Assembly: GCA_043800705.1 (NCBI GenBank)
Contig: JAZDMS010000018.1
Coordinates: forward strand, 1-64,000
DNA from: Candidatus Altiarchaeota archaeon
Lineage (GTDB): Archaea > Altiarchaeota > Altiarchaeia > IMC4 > SCGC-AAA252-I15
DNA: 64,000 nt
Direction of reading: 5' to 3'
Positions 48,622 to 57,848 of this stretch are shown piece after piece (the first letter of the stretch is position 1; each line of letters starts with the position of its first letter). Below the pieces are notes generated by a model, which saw nothing but the letters and a program-made list of their open reading frames with translations, searched no databases and had not been told where the DNA came from. Made by a program: the position numbers and the translations under genes.

Positions 48622-49329
48622 ATGGCCGAAACCAAAGCTAAACCCAAGGCGGCGAAGAAGCCGGCGCAGAAGAAGGCGGAGAAAAAGCCGGCGCCCAAGG
48701 CTGATGAGAAGAGGGAGCACAGGAAGCCCGCAGAGAAGAAGCCGCAGGAGATGGTGGCCGCCAAGAAGAAGGAAGAATCCAAAACCAAAGAACCCCAAGA
48801 GGCGAAGAAGGAGGCAGCCAAAACGGAAGCGGCCAAAACGGAAGCGGCCAAAACGGCCAAGGAAGGGGCAAAGCCCAAAAAGAAGGTCCGCGCCGAGGAA
48901 AAGAAGCCTAAGAAGGCGGCAAAGGTGAAGAAGGTCTATGCAGTCGTAAAGATCCAGTACCCGGTGAAGGCCGAAGCCAAGCCGGGGAAATACAAGCCCA
49001 GGTTCAGGAGGCAGGAGGCGGGCAGGTACAAGCGCCTGGAAGAGAAATGGCGGAGGCCGACTGGCATCGACTCCAAGAAGCTCGAGAAGCAGAGGGGCAA
49101 AGGACTCGTCCCCGGGATCGGGTACAAGAAGCCGAATTCAGAATCAGGCCTGCAGTTCGGGTACGAGCCTGTCATGGTGTTCAACGTCGCGGGGCTCAAG
49201 GCTGTCAGCTCCGACAGGCAGGCCGCGGTCATCGCGGCGGCGGTCGGCAGGAAGAAGAGGAACATGATAATCGAAGAGGCCAACACATTGAAGATCAAGG
49301 TACTGAACCCGCGGAGGGGCGAAGCATGA
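48622..49329 (+). CDS. rpl32e: 50S ribosomal protein eL32 with a ~120-aa Lys/Ala-rich N-terminal extension
   Basis: KPRFRRQE, WRRPTGIDSK, PGIGY, IKVLN. Confidence 0.9.
   Translation: MAETKAKPKAAKKPAQKKAEKKPAPKADEKREHRKPAEKKPQEMVAAKKKEESKTKEPQEAKKEAAKTEAAKTEAAKTAKEGAKPKKKVRAEEKKPKKAAKVKKVYAVVKIQYPVKAEAKPGKYKPRFRRQEAGRYKRLEEKWRRPTGIDSKKLEKQRGKGLVPGIGYKKPNSESGLQFGYEPVMVFNVAGLKAVSSDRQAAVIAAAVGRKKRNMIIEEANTLKIKVLNPRRGEA
48811..48855 (+). repeat. 15-bp coding tandem repeat, 3 copies (EAAKT)
   Basis: GAGGCAGCCAAAACG GAAGCGGCCAAAACG GAAGCGGCCAAAACG. Confidence 0.85.
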
Positions 49330-49766
49330 ACCTGAACGGCCAAAGGAGGCTTGCGGCGCAGGTCATGAAGATCGGGCAGACGAGGGTGAAATTCGACCCC
49401 GAAAGGCTTGAAGAGGTCTCGGAGGCGATCACGAATGACGACATACGCGGCCTGGTCAAATCCGGCGCCATTTCCGAGAGGCCGATCACCGGCATAAGCA
49501 GGGGCAGGTTCAGGGCGAAGAAGAAGCAGAGGCTCAAGGGCAGGCGCAAGGGAGTCGGAAAAAGGGGCGGCACGAAAGGAGCAAGGACCCCGAAAAAGAA
49601 GAAGTGGATGGGGAAGATCAGGGCCATCCGCGACGAACTCAAGAAGATGCGCGACACGAAGGAGATCGGCGCATCCGAATACCGCAAACTTTACCGTCAG
49701 GCTAAAGGTAACCTGTTCCTGTCAAGGAGGCACCTGAGGGAGCAGATTGGGAGGATGAAGGAATAG
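49326..49766 (+). CDS. rpl19e: 50S ribosomal protein eL19
   Basis: MNLNGQRRLAA, SRGR, YRKLYRQAKGNLF. Confidence 0.95.
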   Translation: MNLNGQRRLAAQVMKIGQTRVKFDPERLEEVSEAITNDDIRGLVKSGAISERPITGISRGRFRAKKKQRLKGRRKGVGKRGGTKGARTPKKKKWMGKIRAIRDELKKMRDTKEIGASEYRKLYRQAKGNLFLSRRHLREQIGRMKE

Positions 49767-50291
49767 ATGGCTACAGGGGCGACCTTCGCAGTCGGCTACA
49801 GGCGAAAAAGGCAGCAGAAAACCGACTACCATCGGAGGCTCAACCTCCTGAAGTCGGAGAAGACGAGGTTCGTCGTCAGGCCGTCGAACAAGAGCATACT
49901 CACGCAGCTTGTCGACTACCACGAGGATGGAGACATGGTCCGGGTGACGGTAAGCTCGAAGACCCTCGGGAAGCTTGGCTGGAACCATAACCTGGCGAAC
50001 ACGCCCGCCGCCTACCTTACAGGCCTATTGTGCGGGGTAAAAGGCAAGTCCAAGGGGGTAAAGACGGCGATTCTGGACACCGGCCTGTTCCCCCAGATAA
50101 AATGCTCAAACATTTACGCGGCCTTGAAAGGCCTGAAGGACGCGGGGATAGAATCTCCGGCGGACGATTCGATATTCCCGTCGCAGGAGCGGATATGCGG
50201 CAAGGTCATCGCGTCGTACAACCAGAAGGCAAAGAGCATGGAAGCAGACTTCGCGAAGGTCAAGGAAGCGATTTTGAGATCAAGCAAGTGA
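49767..50291 (+). CDS. rpl18: 50S ribosomal protein uL18
   Basis: KTDYHRRL, NTPAAYLTGLL, ILDTGL. Confidence 0.95.
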   Translation: MATGATFAVGYRRKRQQKTDYHRRLNLLKSEKTRFVVRPSNKSILTQLVDYHEDGDMVRVTVSSKTLGKLGWNHNLANTPAAYLTGLLCGVKGKSKGVKTAILDTGLFPQIKCSNIYAALKGLKDAGIESPADDSIFPSQERICGKVIASYNQKAKSMEADFAKVKEAILRSSK

Positions 50292-50295
50292 TAAA

Positions 50296-51255
50296 ATGGC
50301 AGACGAAAAAACCACAACAGGACAGAAGGCAGAGAAGCCTGTCGCCAAAAAAGCGGACAAAGAGCCTGTGAAAAAACCCTCAAGCGCCCACCCGGCCGAG
50401 GAAAAGAAGATCGAGGCGGAGGCGCCCGAGGAGGTCGAGGCAGATGTCAAATCAGAGGCGGACATCATCCCGGAAGTGAAGGGCGAGGTCATAGTCGACG
50501 AGGTCGCGGACGAGCAGGAATTCAAGGAGAAGATCCTCAAGGACAAGAAGAAGGCGGTCGCCTTCGACGGGGAGGATCGCGTAGTCGTCTGGGTGCCGAG
50601 GACCAAGCTAGGAAGCAGGGTATACAACGGCGAGATCACATCGATGCACGATATAATGCTGCAGTCCGCCCCGATCAAGGAGGTCGGCATAGTGGACAAG
50701 CTCCTGCCAGGCATGCTGGAGGAGATACTCGACGTCGGCAGGGTCCAGAGGGTCACGGACTCGGGCAGAAGGATGAGGTTCAGGGTCGTCGCGGCGGTAG
50801 GCAACGGCGACGGATACGTGGGCGTCGGAGAGGCCAAGGGGAAGGAGGCCGGGCCCACGATCAGAAAGAGCATAGAGCGCGCCAAACTCAACATCAGGGA
50901 GGTAAAGCGGGGCTGCGGAAGCTGGGAATGCGGATGCGGGACCCCCCACACGGTGCCGTTCAAGATCACGGGCGAGGAAGGCAGCGTCTCGGTGACTCTG
51001 ATGCCGGCCCCGAGGGGTGTCGGTATAGTCAGCGGAAAGATCGCCAAGTCGATACTCGGCCTGGCGGGGATAAAGGACGTCTGGGTGATGACCGAGGGGC
51101 ACACGAGGACGGGCATCAACTTCGCGCATGCCGTATTGGATGCGCTTGAGAACACCAACTACGTGAAGATAAAGGAAGGCGACGTCGGCAGGCTCAAGAT
51201 TGTGACGGGGTCGGCAAAACCGAACGAGCCGGCGCCGAAGGAGGTCGTCGAATGA
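50296..51255 (+). CDS. rps5: 30S ribosomal protein uS5 with a long N-terminal extension
   Basis: WVPRTKLG, QRVTDSGRR, RGCGSWEC, PAPRGVG. Confidence 0.96.
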   Translation: MADEKTTTGQKAEKPVAKKADKEPVKKPSSAHPAEEKKIEAEAPEEVEADVKSEADIIPEVKGEVIVDEVADEQEFKEKILKDKKKAVAFDGEDRVVVWVPRTKLGSRVYNGEITSMHDIMLQSAPIKEVGIVDKLLPGMLEEILDVGRVQRVTDSGRRMRFRVVAAVGNGDGYVGVGEAKGKEAGPTIRKSIERAKLNIREVKRGCGSWECGCGTPHTVPFKITGEEGSVSVTLMPAPRGVGIVSGKIAKSILGLAGIKDVWVMTEGHTRTGINFAHAVLDALENTNYVKIKEGDVGRLKIVTGSAKPNEPAPKEVVE

Positions 51256-51728
51256 GTCCGGCGGTCGCAGCGCTCAGGGTCAGGGGGCGGACTCACATCA
51301 AGCGGGGGATAGAGGACACCCTACGGTACATGGGGCTCACGAGGAAGAACTACTGCGCCATCCTCCCGGAAGGGGAGACCGCAAGGGCGATGATATCCAA
51401 GGCCAAGGACTACATAACCTGGGGTGAGGTCGACGAGAAGACCGTCGAATCCCTACTGAGGGAGCGCGGAAGGATAGCTGGCGACAAGAAGCTCACAGAC
51501 CAATACGTCCAATCCAACAGCAAGTACGCGGACATAAAATCACTCGCTTCCGCGATTGTGGGCGGAGAGACTAAGGCCAAGGACGTGGAGGGGCTTAAGC
51601 CCATATTCAGGCTGAATCCGCCGAGGAAAGGCTTCGAACGCGAAGGGATAAAGAAGCCCTACACTCTCGGGGGAGCGCTCGGCGACCGCAAGGAAAAGAT
51701 TAAGGACCTACTCATGAGGATGATCTGA
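51252..51728 (+). CDS. rpl30: 50S ribosomal protein uL30
   Basis: KDYITWGE, FRLNPPRKG, GGALG. Confidence 0.95.
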   Translation: MSPAVAALRVRGRTHIKRGIEDTLRYMGLTRKNYCAILPEGETARAMISKAKDYITWGEVDEKTVESLLRERGRIAGDKKLTDQYVQSNSKYADIKSLASAIVGGETKAKDVEGLKPIFRLNPPRKGFEREGIKKPYTLGGALGDRKEKIKDLLMRMI

Positions 51729-52189
51729 TGGCCCACAGTGAGCGAAGAACCCGGAAGATGAGGGGTTCTAGGATGCACGGCTACGGCAACACCCAGAAGC
51801 ACAGGGGCGCGGGCAGCCGCGGCGGGCACGGGATGGCTGGAAGCAAAAAGCATAAGTGGCACTACGTATCAAAATACATGCCCGGTTACTTCGGCGAGAA
51901 GGGCTTCAAGAGGCACCACGGTCACCTCCCCTGCGAGGAGATAATCAACGTCGGCTACCTGTCGAAGGCCATAGGAAGGCTCGTTGCGGAAGGGAAGGCG
52001 ACGGGCTCGAAGGGCTCATACACGATCGACCTCACTGCCGCAGGATACACGAAACTCCTAGGCGCCGGAAAGATCGATTCCAAGGTCAAAATAAAGATAG
52101 CAAAATGCTCCCAGAAGGCGAAAGAGAAGATAGAGAGGGCAGGCGGCTCAGTGGAAGCGGAAAGCACGGAAACAGAGGAAAGCGGGTGA
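51728..52189 (+). CDS. rpl15: 50S ribosomal protein uL15
   Basis: RGSRMHGYG, RGAGSRGG, KLLGAG, AKEKIERAGG. Confidence 0.95.
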   Translation: MAHSERRTRKMRGSRMHGYGNTQKHRGAGSRGGHGMAGSKKHKWHYVSKYMPGYFGEKGFKRHHGHLPCEEIINVGYLSKAIGRLVAEGKATGSKGSYTIDLTAAGYTKLLGAGKIDSKVKIKIAKCSQKAKEKIERAGGSVEAESTETEESG

Positions 52190-52193
52190 ATAA

Positions 52194-53618
52194 ATGAACC
52201 TCGAGTTCATCAGGCCCATACTCAAGTACCTGCCTGAGATAAAGATTCCGAACCGGAAAGTAGCCTTCAAGGAGAAGCTGACCTGGACGTCGCTGACTCT
52301 CGTGTTGTTCTTCGTGATGGGCGTCATCTACCCCTACGGCGTCACGCCCGAAACCCTTTCGCAGCACATCCGGGGCTTCGAGAGCATGACGATGATATTC
52401 GCCTCGAGCATCGGCACGCTGACATCCGTCGGGATCGGGCCCATAGTCACGGCATCCATCATACTCCAGCTCCTGGTCGGCGCGGAAATGATAGACATCG
52501 ACCTGAAGACCCGCGAAGGCAAGGCACTGTTCCAGGGAGCCCAGAAGATACTTACGGTCTTCATCGCGATATTCGAGGCTGCCGCGCTCGTCGTAGCCAC
52601 CAACATGGTCGGGGAAGCCGGCCTGCCCGTATACCAGAAGCTGCTGGAGCCCATAACCCTCTTCACAGTCTTCCAGATAGCGCTCGGTTCGGTGCTGCTA
52701 ATGTACATGGACGAGATCGTCTCGAAATGGGGCATAGGGTCGGGGATATCCCTCTTCATCGCAGGCGGAGTCTCCCATACGATTATCACAGGCTCGCTGA
52801 ACCCCCTGAAGGGGACCGGCGGACTGGCGTACGCCGGATACCTGCCGAACTTCTTCTCCCAAATGATATCCGGGAACCTCAACTTCGTACTCCTGGCGCC
52901 GATCGCGGCCACGGTGATAGTGTTCCTGTTCGTGGTCTACGGCGAGGCGATGCGGATAGAGATACCGCTTTCGTACGGAAGCATACGCGGAGTCGGCGGC
53001 AGGATACCGCTCAGGTTCTTCTACGTCAGCAACATACCCGTCATACTCACATCCGCCCTCCTGATGAACGTCAGGATGTGGACCGGCCTAGTCGGCGTCA
53101 ATCCCGACTCCGGCATGCGCCCCGCAGACATGTCGTTCCTGCAGAACATAGTATACACCGTCTCGAACTACATCACGCTCGGGAACCTCTACAGCGTCCT
53201 GCAGCCGGAGAACTGGTACATCCTCTCCGATCCCATGGTACTTCTGCACCTTCTGGTCTACATGATCGTCTTCTCCGGGCTGTGCGTCCTGTTCGGGCAG
53301 TTCTGGGTGCAGACCACGGGCTTGGACTCGGAGAGCATGGCGAAGCAGATTGAGGAGGGGGGGATGCAGATCCCGGGCCACAGGCCCGACCGGAGGATAA
53401 TCAAGGTCGTCCTGGACAAGTACATCCCGCACCTGACCATACTGTCCAGCATCGGGGTCGGGATGCTCGCGACTGTGGCGGACCTCATGGGGGCGCTGGG
53501 CTCTGGGACCGGGATACTCCTGACTGTCGGCATCATCTACCGCCTGTATGAGGACATACAGAAGGACCAGATGGCGGACATGAGCCCGACGTTCCGAAGG
53601 TTCATGGGCAAGTCATAG
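52194..53618 (+). CDS. secY: Preprotein translocase subunit SecY
   Basis: GIGPIVTASIILQLL, WGIGSGISLFIA, YVSNIPVIL, GTGILLTV. Confidence 0.97.
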   Translation: MNLEFIRPILKYLPEIKIPNRKVAFKEKLTWTSLTLVLFFVMGVIYPYGVTPETLSQHIRGFESMTMIFASSIGTLTSVGIGPIVTASIILQLLVGAEMIDIDLKTREGKALFQGAQKILTVFIAIFEAAALVVATNMVGEAGLPVYQKLLEPITLFTVFQIALGSVLLMYMDEIVSKWGIGSGISLFIAGGVSHTIITGSLNPLKGTGGLAYAGYLPNFFSQMISGNLNFVLLAPIAATVIVFLFVVYGEAMRIEIPLSYGSIRGVGGRIPLRFFYVSNIPVILTSALLMNVRMWTGLVGVNPDSGMRPADMSFLQNIVYTVSNYITLGNLYSVLQPENWYILSDPMVLLHLLVYMIVFSGLCVLFGQFWVQTTGLDSESMAKQIEEGGMQIPGHRPDRRIIKVVLDKYIPHLTILSSIGVGMLATVADLMGALGSGTGILLTVGIIYRLYEDIQKDQMADMSPTFRRFMGKS

Positions 53619-53656
53619 GCATCTGTTTTTTTACTCCCTCTGCGAATCCTATAACC

Positions 53657-54697
53657 GTGAGAGCACTTCCGCTGCTGGTTGCCGTGATCGTCTTGGCTGC
53701 AGGCTGCATCATACCCCCTCCGCAGAAAATACAAAAGTCACCGGTGGAGTCGCAGGAGATAACGACGACCACGACGTCGAGCACCACTACCACGACCCAC
53801 ATGATCCTTGATATCCGCCCGCTGAACGCCTTGAAGACGACCAGCACGAGCATCCCCCCCTCCACCACCTCATCGACATCTACGACCTCGAGCTCGACGA
53901 GCACGACCGTGACCCTGATTCTGCGCATGCGGGAATCCGAAGCCTACGAAAAAATGACGTTCTTCCTTACCGGGGTGGAGGAGGTCAGGGGCGTCACATA
54001 CTATTCCCTGGACTATACGACAGGCGACGGACAGGCGGGCAGGATAAGATTCTCCGGCACGACCCTCATAGACGACCGAGAATTGGGCGTCGCGAGGCAG
54101 GGGCAGCAGATAACAGCCAAAATATCCATCCGGGAGAACAGGGAGCTCAAAGACCGGGCGCCGGCAGGCTCGACCATCCTGAGCCTCGGGGCTGGCCTAC
54201 AGAACCGGTCCTTCGACGTCTACCGGATCGGCATGGAGAACGTCCAATCCGACCGGATCAGGCTATCCTTCGACGACGGGCAGAACACGACCCAGGCGGA
54301 ACTGTCGCAGGGGGATGTGGCATACTTCGACGGCATGGAGGTGGGCGCACTGGAGACCCGCATACCCGGCAACCTGGCCGCGATATACCTGCTCAAAGAC
54401 ACGGACGTGTACGACCGAAGCGGCGGCCAGAGATACTGCATGCGCAAATTCGTGACATACCCCAAAGCCACGCCGCTCATAGTCGACGGCATGTCCAATC
54501 TGTCGGTCGGTGCCGCCACGCTCACGGTCTTTGGCATCGGCGACGGGGTGGTGACGCTGTCGGCGGCCGAAGGCGGGCTAAGCCGTAACCTTCAGCTGTC
54601 CTGCGGGGCGACCTTGGACCTATCCGGGACAAAATACAACCTCGTATGGTACGGCGGAGACCGCGACGGATGCGCGAAAATAGTCGCCCACGGCTAG
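53657..54697 (+). CDS. Putative lipoprotein with a Thr-rich linker and S-layer-like beta domains
   Basis: LAAGC lipobox, TTTTTSSTTTTT tracts. Confidence 0.7.
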   Translation: MRALPLLVAVIVLAAGCIIPPPQKIQKSPVESQEITTTTTSSTTTTTHMILDIRPLNALKTTSTSIPPSTTSSTSTTSSSTSTTVTLILRMRESEAYEKMTFFLTGVEEVRGVTYYSLDYTTGDGQAGRIRFSGTTLIDDRELGVARQGQQITAKISIRENRELKDRAPAGSTILSLGAGLQNRSFDVYRIGMENVQSDRIRLSFDDGQNTTQAELSQGDVAYFDGMEVGALETRIPGNLAAIYLLKDTDVYDRSGGQRYCMRKFVTYPKATPLIVDGMSNLSVGAATLTVFGIGDGVVTLSAAEGGLSRNLQLSCGATLDLSGTKYNLVWYGGDRDGCAKIVAHG

Positions 54698-54702
54698 TGC
54701 CG

Positions 54703-55173
54703 TCAATCCTGCAGGGTCTGGGTGTGCCTCTTGATCTCCGAGATGGTCATCTGCAGGTTCCCGGGCATGTATTCCTCGACGAAAGGCTTCATCCTGACCG
54801 TCTTATTCCTGCCCCCGATGTTCACATAAATCTCCGCCTGGGGGCGGTCGGCCAGCTGCGAGGAATAGGACGGCCTATAGACGTCCAGCATCCCGAACAG
54901 GCCCGCATCCACTACCCGTGTGCCGAGGCGCACATATTCCTCTTTTGAAATATTCGAGGATCTAGTGTAGGAAACCGTGCCGTTCACGTATCTTCTTGTG
55001 AACGTAACGGTCGAGTTGTCGATGACGTGCTCCGTGGAATACCTGTCTTCCGGCACGAGGCCCCCCCTTACCTCGTACCTGACAAAGACCGTGTCGTAGT
55101 CGTAGGTCAGCTCCCTTCTTTCGCAGCCGGAGACCGCCAAAACAAGCACGAGAAGCAGCGCCCACCTCATCAA
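54703..55173 (-). CDS. Putative lipoprotein
   Basis: LAVSGC lipobox; YEVRGG ... GLFGM. Confidence 0.7.
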   Translation of the reverse strand: MMRWALLLVLVLAVSGCERRELTYDYDTVFVRYEVRGGLVPEDRYSTEHVIDNSTVTFTRRYVNGTVSYTRSSNISKEEYVRLGTRVVDAGLFGMLDVYRPSYSSQLADRPQAEIYVNIGGRNKTVRMKPFVEEYMPGNLQMTISEIKRHTQTLQD

Positions 55174-55261
55174 TATAGAACTTCCCCCTTGGCGTATTTA
55201 AACGGCGGGCGCATTCAGCGGCTCCATGCCGCATTTTATACCCTGAAACACATACTCCTAC

Positions 55262-55660
55262 ATGGCCCCGAGAAACTGCGTAATTTTCATCCTTGCAGCC
55301 CTTTTGGTCCTCGGCTGCATAAGCGGGCCGGAGACTGTGACGACGACAACCGTTAGGGAGATCACGGTTACGACGTTGCCTCCCGCGACGCTGCTGCCTC
55401 AGAAGGAGGTGGACAGCATCAAGCAGGCTATCGACACAATGGACCTGTCAAAGTGCGAGCCCATAGGCGATGTCCGGCTGAGGAGCCTGTGCCTTTCCAA
55501 TGTCGCGCAGGAGCTGAAGGATCCGGCTCCGTGCGCGAAAATCACCGAACCGGACGTGCAAGCAATCTGCTACCACAAGATCTCCAAGGAGACCTCGGAC
55601 AAGTCGCTCTGCGAAAAGATCGCGATAGAGGCCGTAAGATCGCTGTGCCTCAGCCAGTGA
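55262..55660 (+). CDS. Putative lipoprotein with Cys-paired helical repeats
   Basis: LVLGC lipobox; D..C..I.......C repeated three times. Confidence 0.72.
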   Translation: MAPRNCVIFILAALLVLGCISGPETVTTTTVREITVTTLPPATLLPQKEVDSIKQAIDTMDLSKCEPIGDVRLRSLCLSNVAQELKDPAPCAKITEPDVQAICYHKISKETSDKSLCEKIAIEAVRSLCLSQ

Positions 55661-55669
55661 TGCCGGCCC

Positions 55670-56434
55670 TCAGATGAGGCCGTCGTAGACGTGCGACGGC
55701 CGGACGTTGTTCAGCGTGTATCTGATGAGGAACTTCATCCTGTTGGAGAGCCTTTTGCCGTTGAGGTGCCCTATCAGCTCCTCCCGGAGCCTCAGCATGT
55801 TCTCGGCCTCCTGGGCGGCATGTTTTTCTGCAGACATGAGGTTTCCGGCGTAGGCCCGAAGCAGCCTCCTGGCCTCCTTGCCGTCCTCTATCTGGGCGAG
55901 GTCCTTGATGAAGCATTCGTTGGCGGTCTTAAAGAGGCGCATCCGTACGTACGAGTTGTGGTGTTTCACGAGCCTTCCTATGAGCTCGTGTATCATCAGC
56001 TCCGCGGCCTTGTATCCCTCCTGCAGGGTCATGATGTTTTCGCTCATCTCCCTGTCGTATCTGAACCCTATGTGGTCGTCCACCTCAAGCGCAGTCTTCG
56101 GCGAGATTATGCCCCTGATCTTCGTCAGGAGGAAGAACGCCTGGTCCGTGTTCATGTCCAGGGTGTCGGCCACCCTGACGAAGTAATCTTTCGTGTCGAA
56201 GTCCGCGGGAAGGGTATATGTGTACGTCTCCTGGTTCCATCCTATGAGCCCCGTCTGCCTGAGCCTCTTCAGCTGCCGGTTGACTCCCCCTGTGCTTTCT
56301 CCGACGCCAAGGTCCCTAATCAGGCTCTCCTGAAGCTCGCTGCGTTTTCGCCCCTGCGGGTGTCCCTCAATGAGGTACTCGATTATCGCCCCAAGGGTCC
56401 TGCCCTGCTTCAGCCTCTTGATCCCACCCGCCAT
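55670..56434 (-). CDS. Winged-helix DNA-binding protein
   Basis: IIEYL ... RSELQESL ... GGVNRQLKRLRQTGLI. Confidence 0.65.
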   Translation of the reverse strand: MAGGIKRLKQGRTLGAIIEYLIEGHPQGRKRSELQESLIRDLGVGESTGGVNRQLKRLRQTGLIGWNQETYTYTLPADFDTKDYFVRVADTLDMNTDQAFFLLTKIRGIISPKTALEVDDHIGFRYDREMSENIMTLQEGYKAAELMIHELIGRLVKHHNSYVRMRLFKTANECFIKDLAQIEDGKEARRLLRAYAGNLMSAEKHAAQEAENMLRLREELIGHLNGKRLSNRMKFLIRYTLNNVRPSHVYDGLI

Positions 56435-56516
56435 ATGCTACATTATATGTTTTTAATAGTTAAAAATGTGGTAGCTTGGGTGTTTTAGCGTTTTTTCTCC
56501 GGCTCCCCAGGCCCCT

Positions 56517-57848
56517 TCAGTCGAGGTACCCGTTCAGGAAACCGAGCCATCCCGGATCCTTTATCATGAACAGCCCGGAGTCCTCCAGGACCTCGACGTC
56601 CTTGAGGTCCCTGATGTTCTTGCCGAACCCCTTCTTCTTCGCCAGAATCTCCGGCATGAGCTGTAGGGCGGTCCTGTACCTCCTCTTGGTATCGACGACC
56701 CACCTGCCGTCCTTGATGTACGGCTTGTCCTGCCTGTACTTCTCCACGAAGCGCTCCTGGTTGTGCGCGTCCTGGTGAAGCGGAGGCCCCACCCTGTGGA
56801 CTATCACCGGAAGGCTCCAGACCTCCAACTCGAACAGGAGCACCGCCGAATCGTTTTCGTTGGTCCAGAAAGCGTCCCTGAACACCTTGAATTCGGCCTC
56901 GGCCAGCTCGGCAGCGATGTTCCTCATGGTCTTCCTCAGCTGCGAATACAAAATATTGGCGTTCATCCTCTCATGCCTGAAAAGGACGCATATGAACTTC
57001 GTCTTCCTCTCCTTCATGGCCTTCCCAAGCGCGTCTGCCTTCCGCATGGGTTTGGGCTTCGGGAAGAAGAAGTCCTCCGACGGGCGGTTGACGTACTCGT
57101 CGGCCTTGACCATGAACCTGGAAAGGCATTCGGGGGATACTGCGGCGGCGACGTTCCTGTTCCTGTCTACCGGGTCCACGACGATGAGGTTGGACCCCGT
57201 GAAGAACCTGGCAAGCGGCCTGGGGTCGTCCCAGAGTTTTTCCATGTCGATTATCTCGGGTATGTCCCATGTCCTCCCCGCCTCGAGGCATTTGAGAAAC
57301 GATCCGTAGCATATGACCAGCAGCTCCACCAGGTACCCGGAGAAGCCCTCGACCTTGGCCTCCGCCCCGTAGACTCCGATGCCACGCATGAACTGTTTCA
57401 TGAGGCGGATCTCGTCGTTGAGGCTGTTCGAGGCCAGCTTGCCCCTGACGTATTCGGTGTGCTGCGGGGTGCGGTCGACCGCGGAGAGGATGCTCCCCCC
57501 GCTGTAGCACGGGACGATCTCAACCTGAATGTCCTCCACCACACCCTTCACGTACGGGTGTTCGGCGTAGTCTATCTCGTATGCGCCTCCGAGCCTCGTG
57601 AACACGGCCTTTCCGATCCTCAGGCCCTGCTTTTCAAGCTCCTGCCTCGGAACCTGCGGCGGAAACTGTATGAAGATGTCCAGGTCCTTGTTGCCCGCCA
57701 GGTCCGTGTCCTTCGCTATGGACCCGACGAGTATGGGCTTCACGGGATAGCCCTCAAGGATCTTGAAGACCCTCCTCCTCATCTTCTCTTCCGCCTTGCG
57801 CTCCTTTTCCTGCGGCCTGATCCTTGCAAGGATGCTGTCAGTGTTCAA
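56517..57848 (-). CDS. cca: CCA-adding tRNA nucleotidyltransferase (archaeal class I)
   Basis: VGSIAKDT, DLDIF, YAEHPY, SAVDRTPQH, GFSGYLVELL, DPVDRNRNVAAA; TTG start overlaps the upstream stop. Confidence 0.95.
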   Translation of the reverse strand: MNTDSILARIRPQEKERKAEEKMRRRVFKILEGYPVKPILVGSIAKDTDLAGNKDLDIFIQFPPQVPRQELEKQGLRIGKAVFTRLGGAYEIDYAEHPYVKGVVEDIQVEIVPCYSGGSILSAVDRTPQHTEYVRGKLASNSLNDEIRLMKQFMRGIGVYGAEAKVEGFSGYLVELLVICYGSFLKCLEAGRTWDIPEIIDMEKLWDDPRPLARFFTGSNLIVVDPVDRNRNVAAAVSPECLSRFMVKADEYVNRPSEDFFFPKPKPMRKADALGKAMKERKTKFICVLFRHERMNANILYSQLRKTMRNIAAELAEAEFKVFRDAFWTNENDSAVLLFELEVWSLPVIVHRVGPPLHQDAHNQERFVEKYRQDKPYIKDGRWVVDTKRRYRTALQLMPEILAKKKGFGKNIRDLKDVEVLEDSGLFMIKDPGWLGFLNGYLD

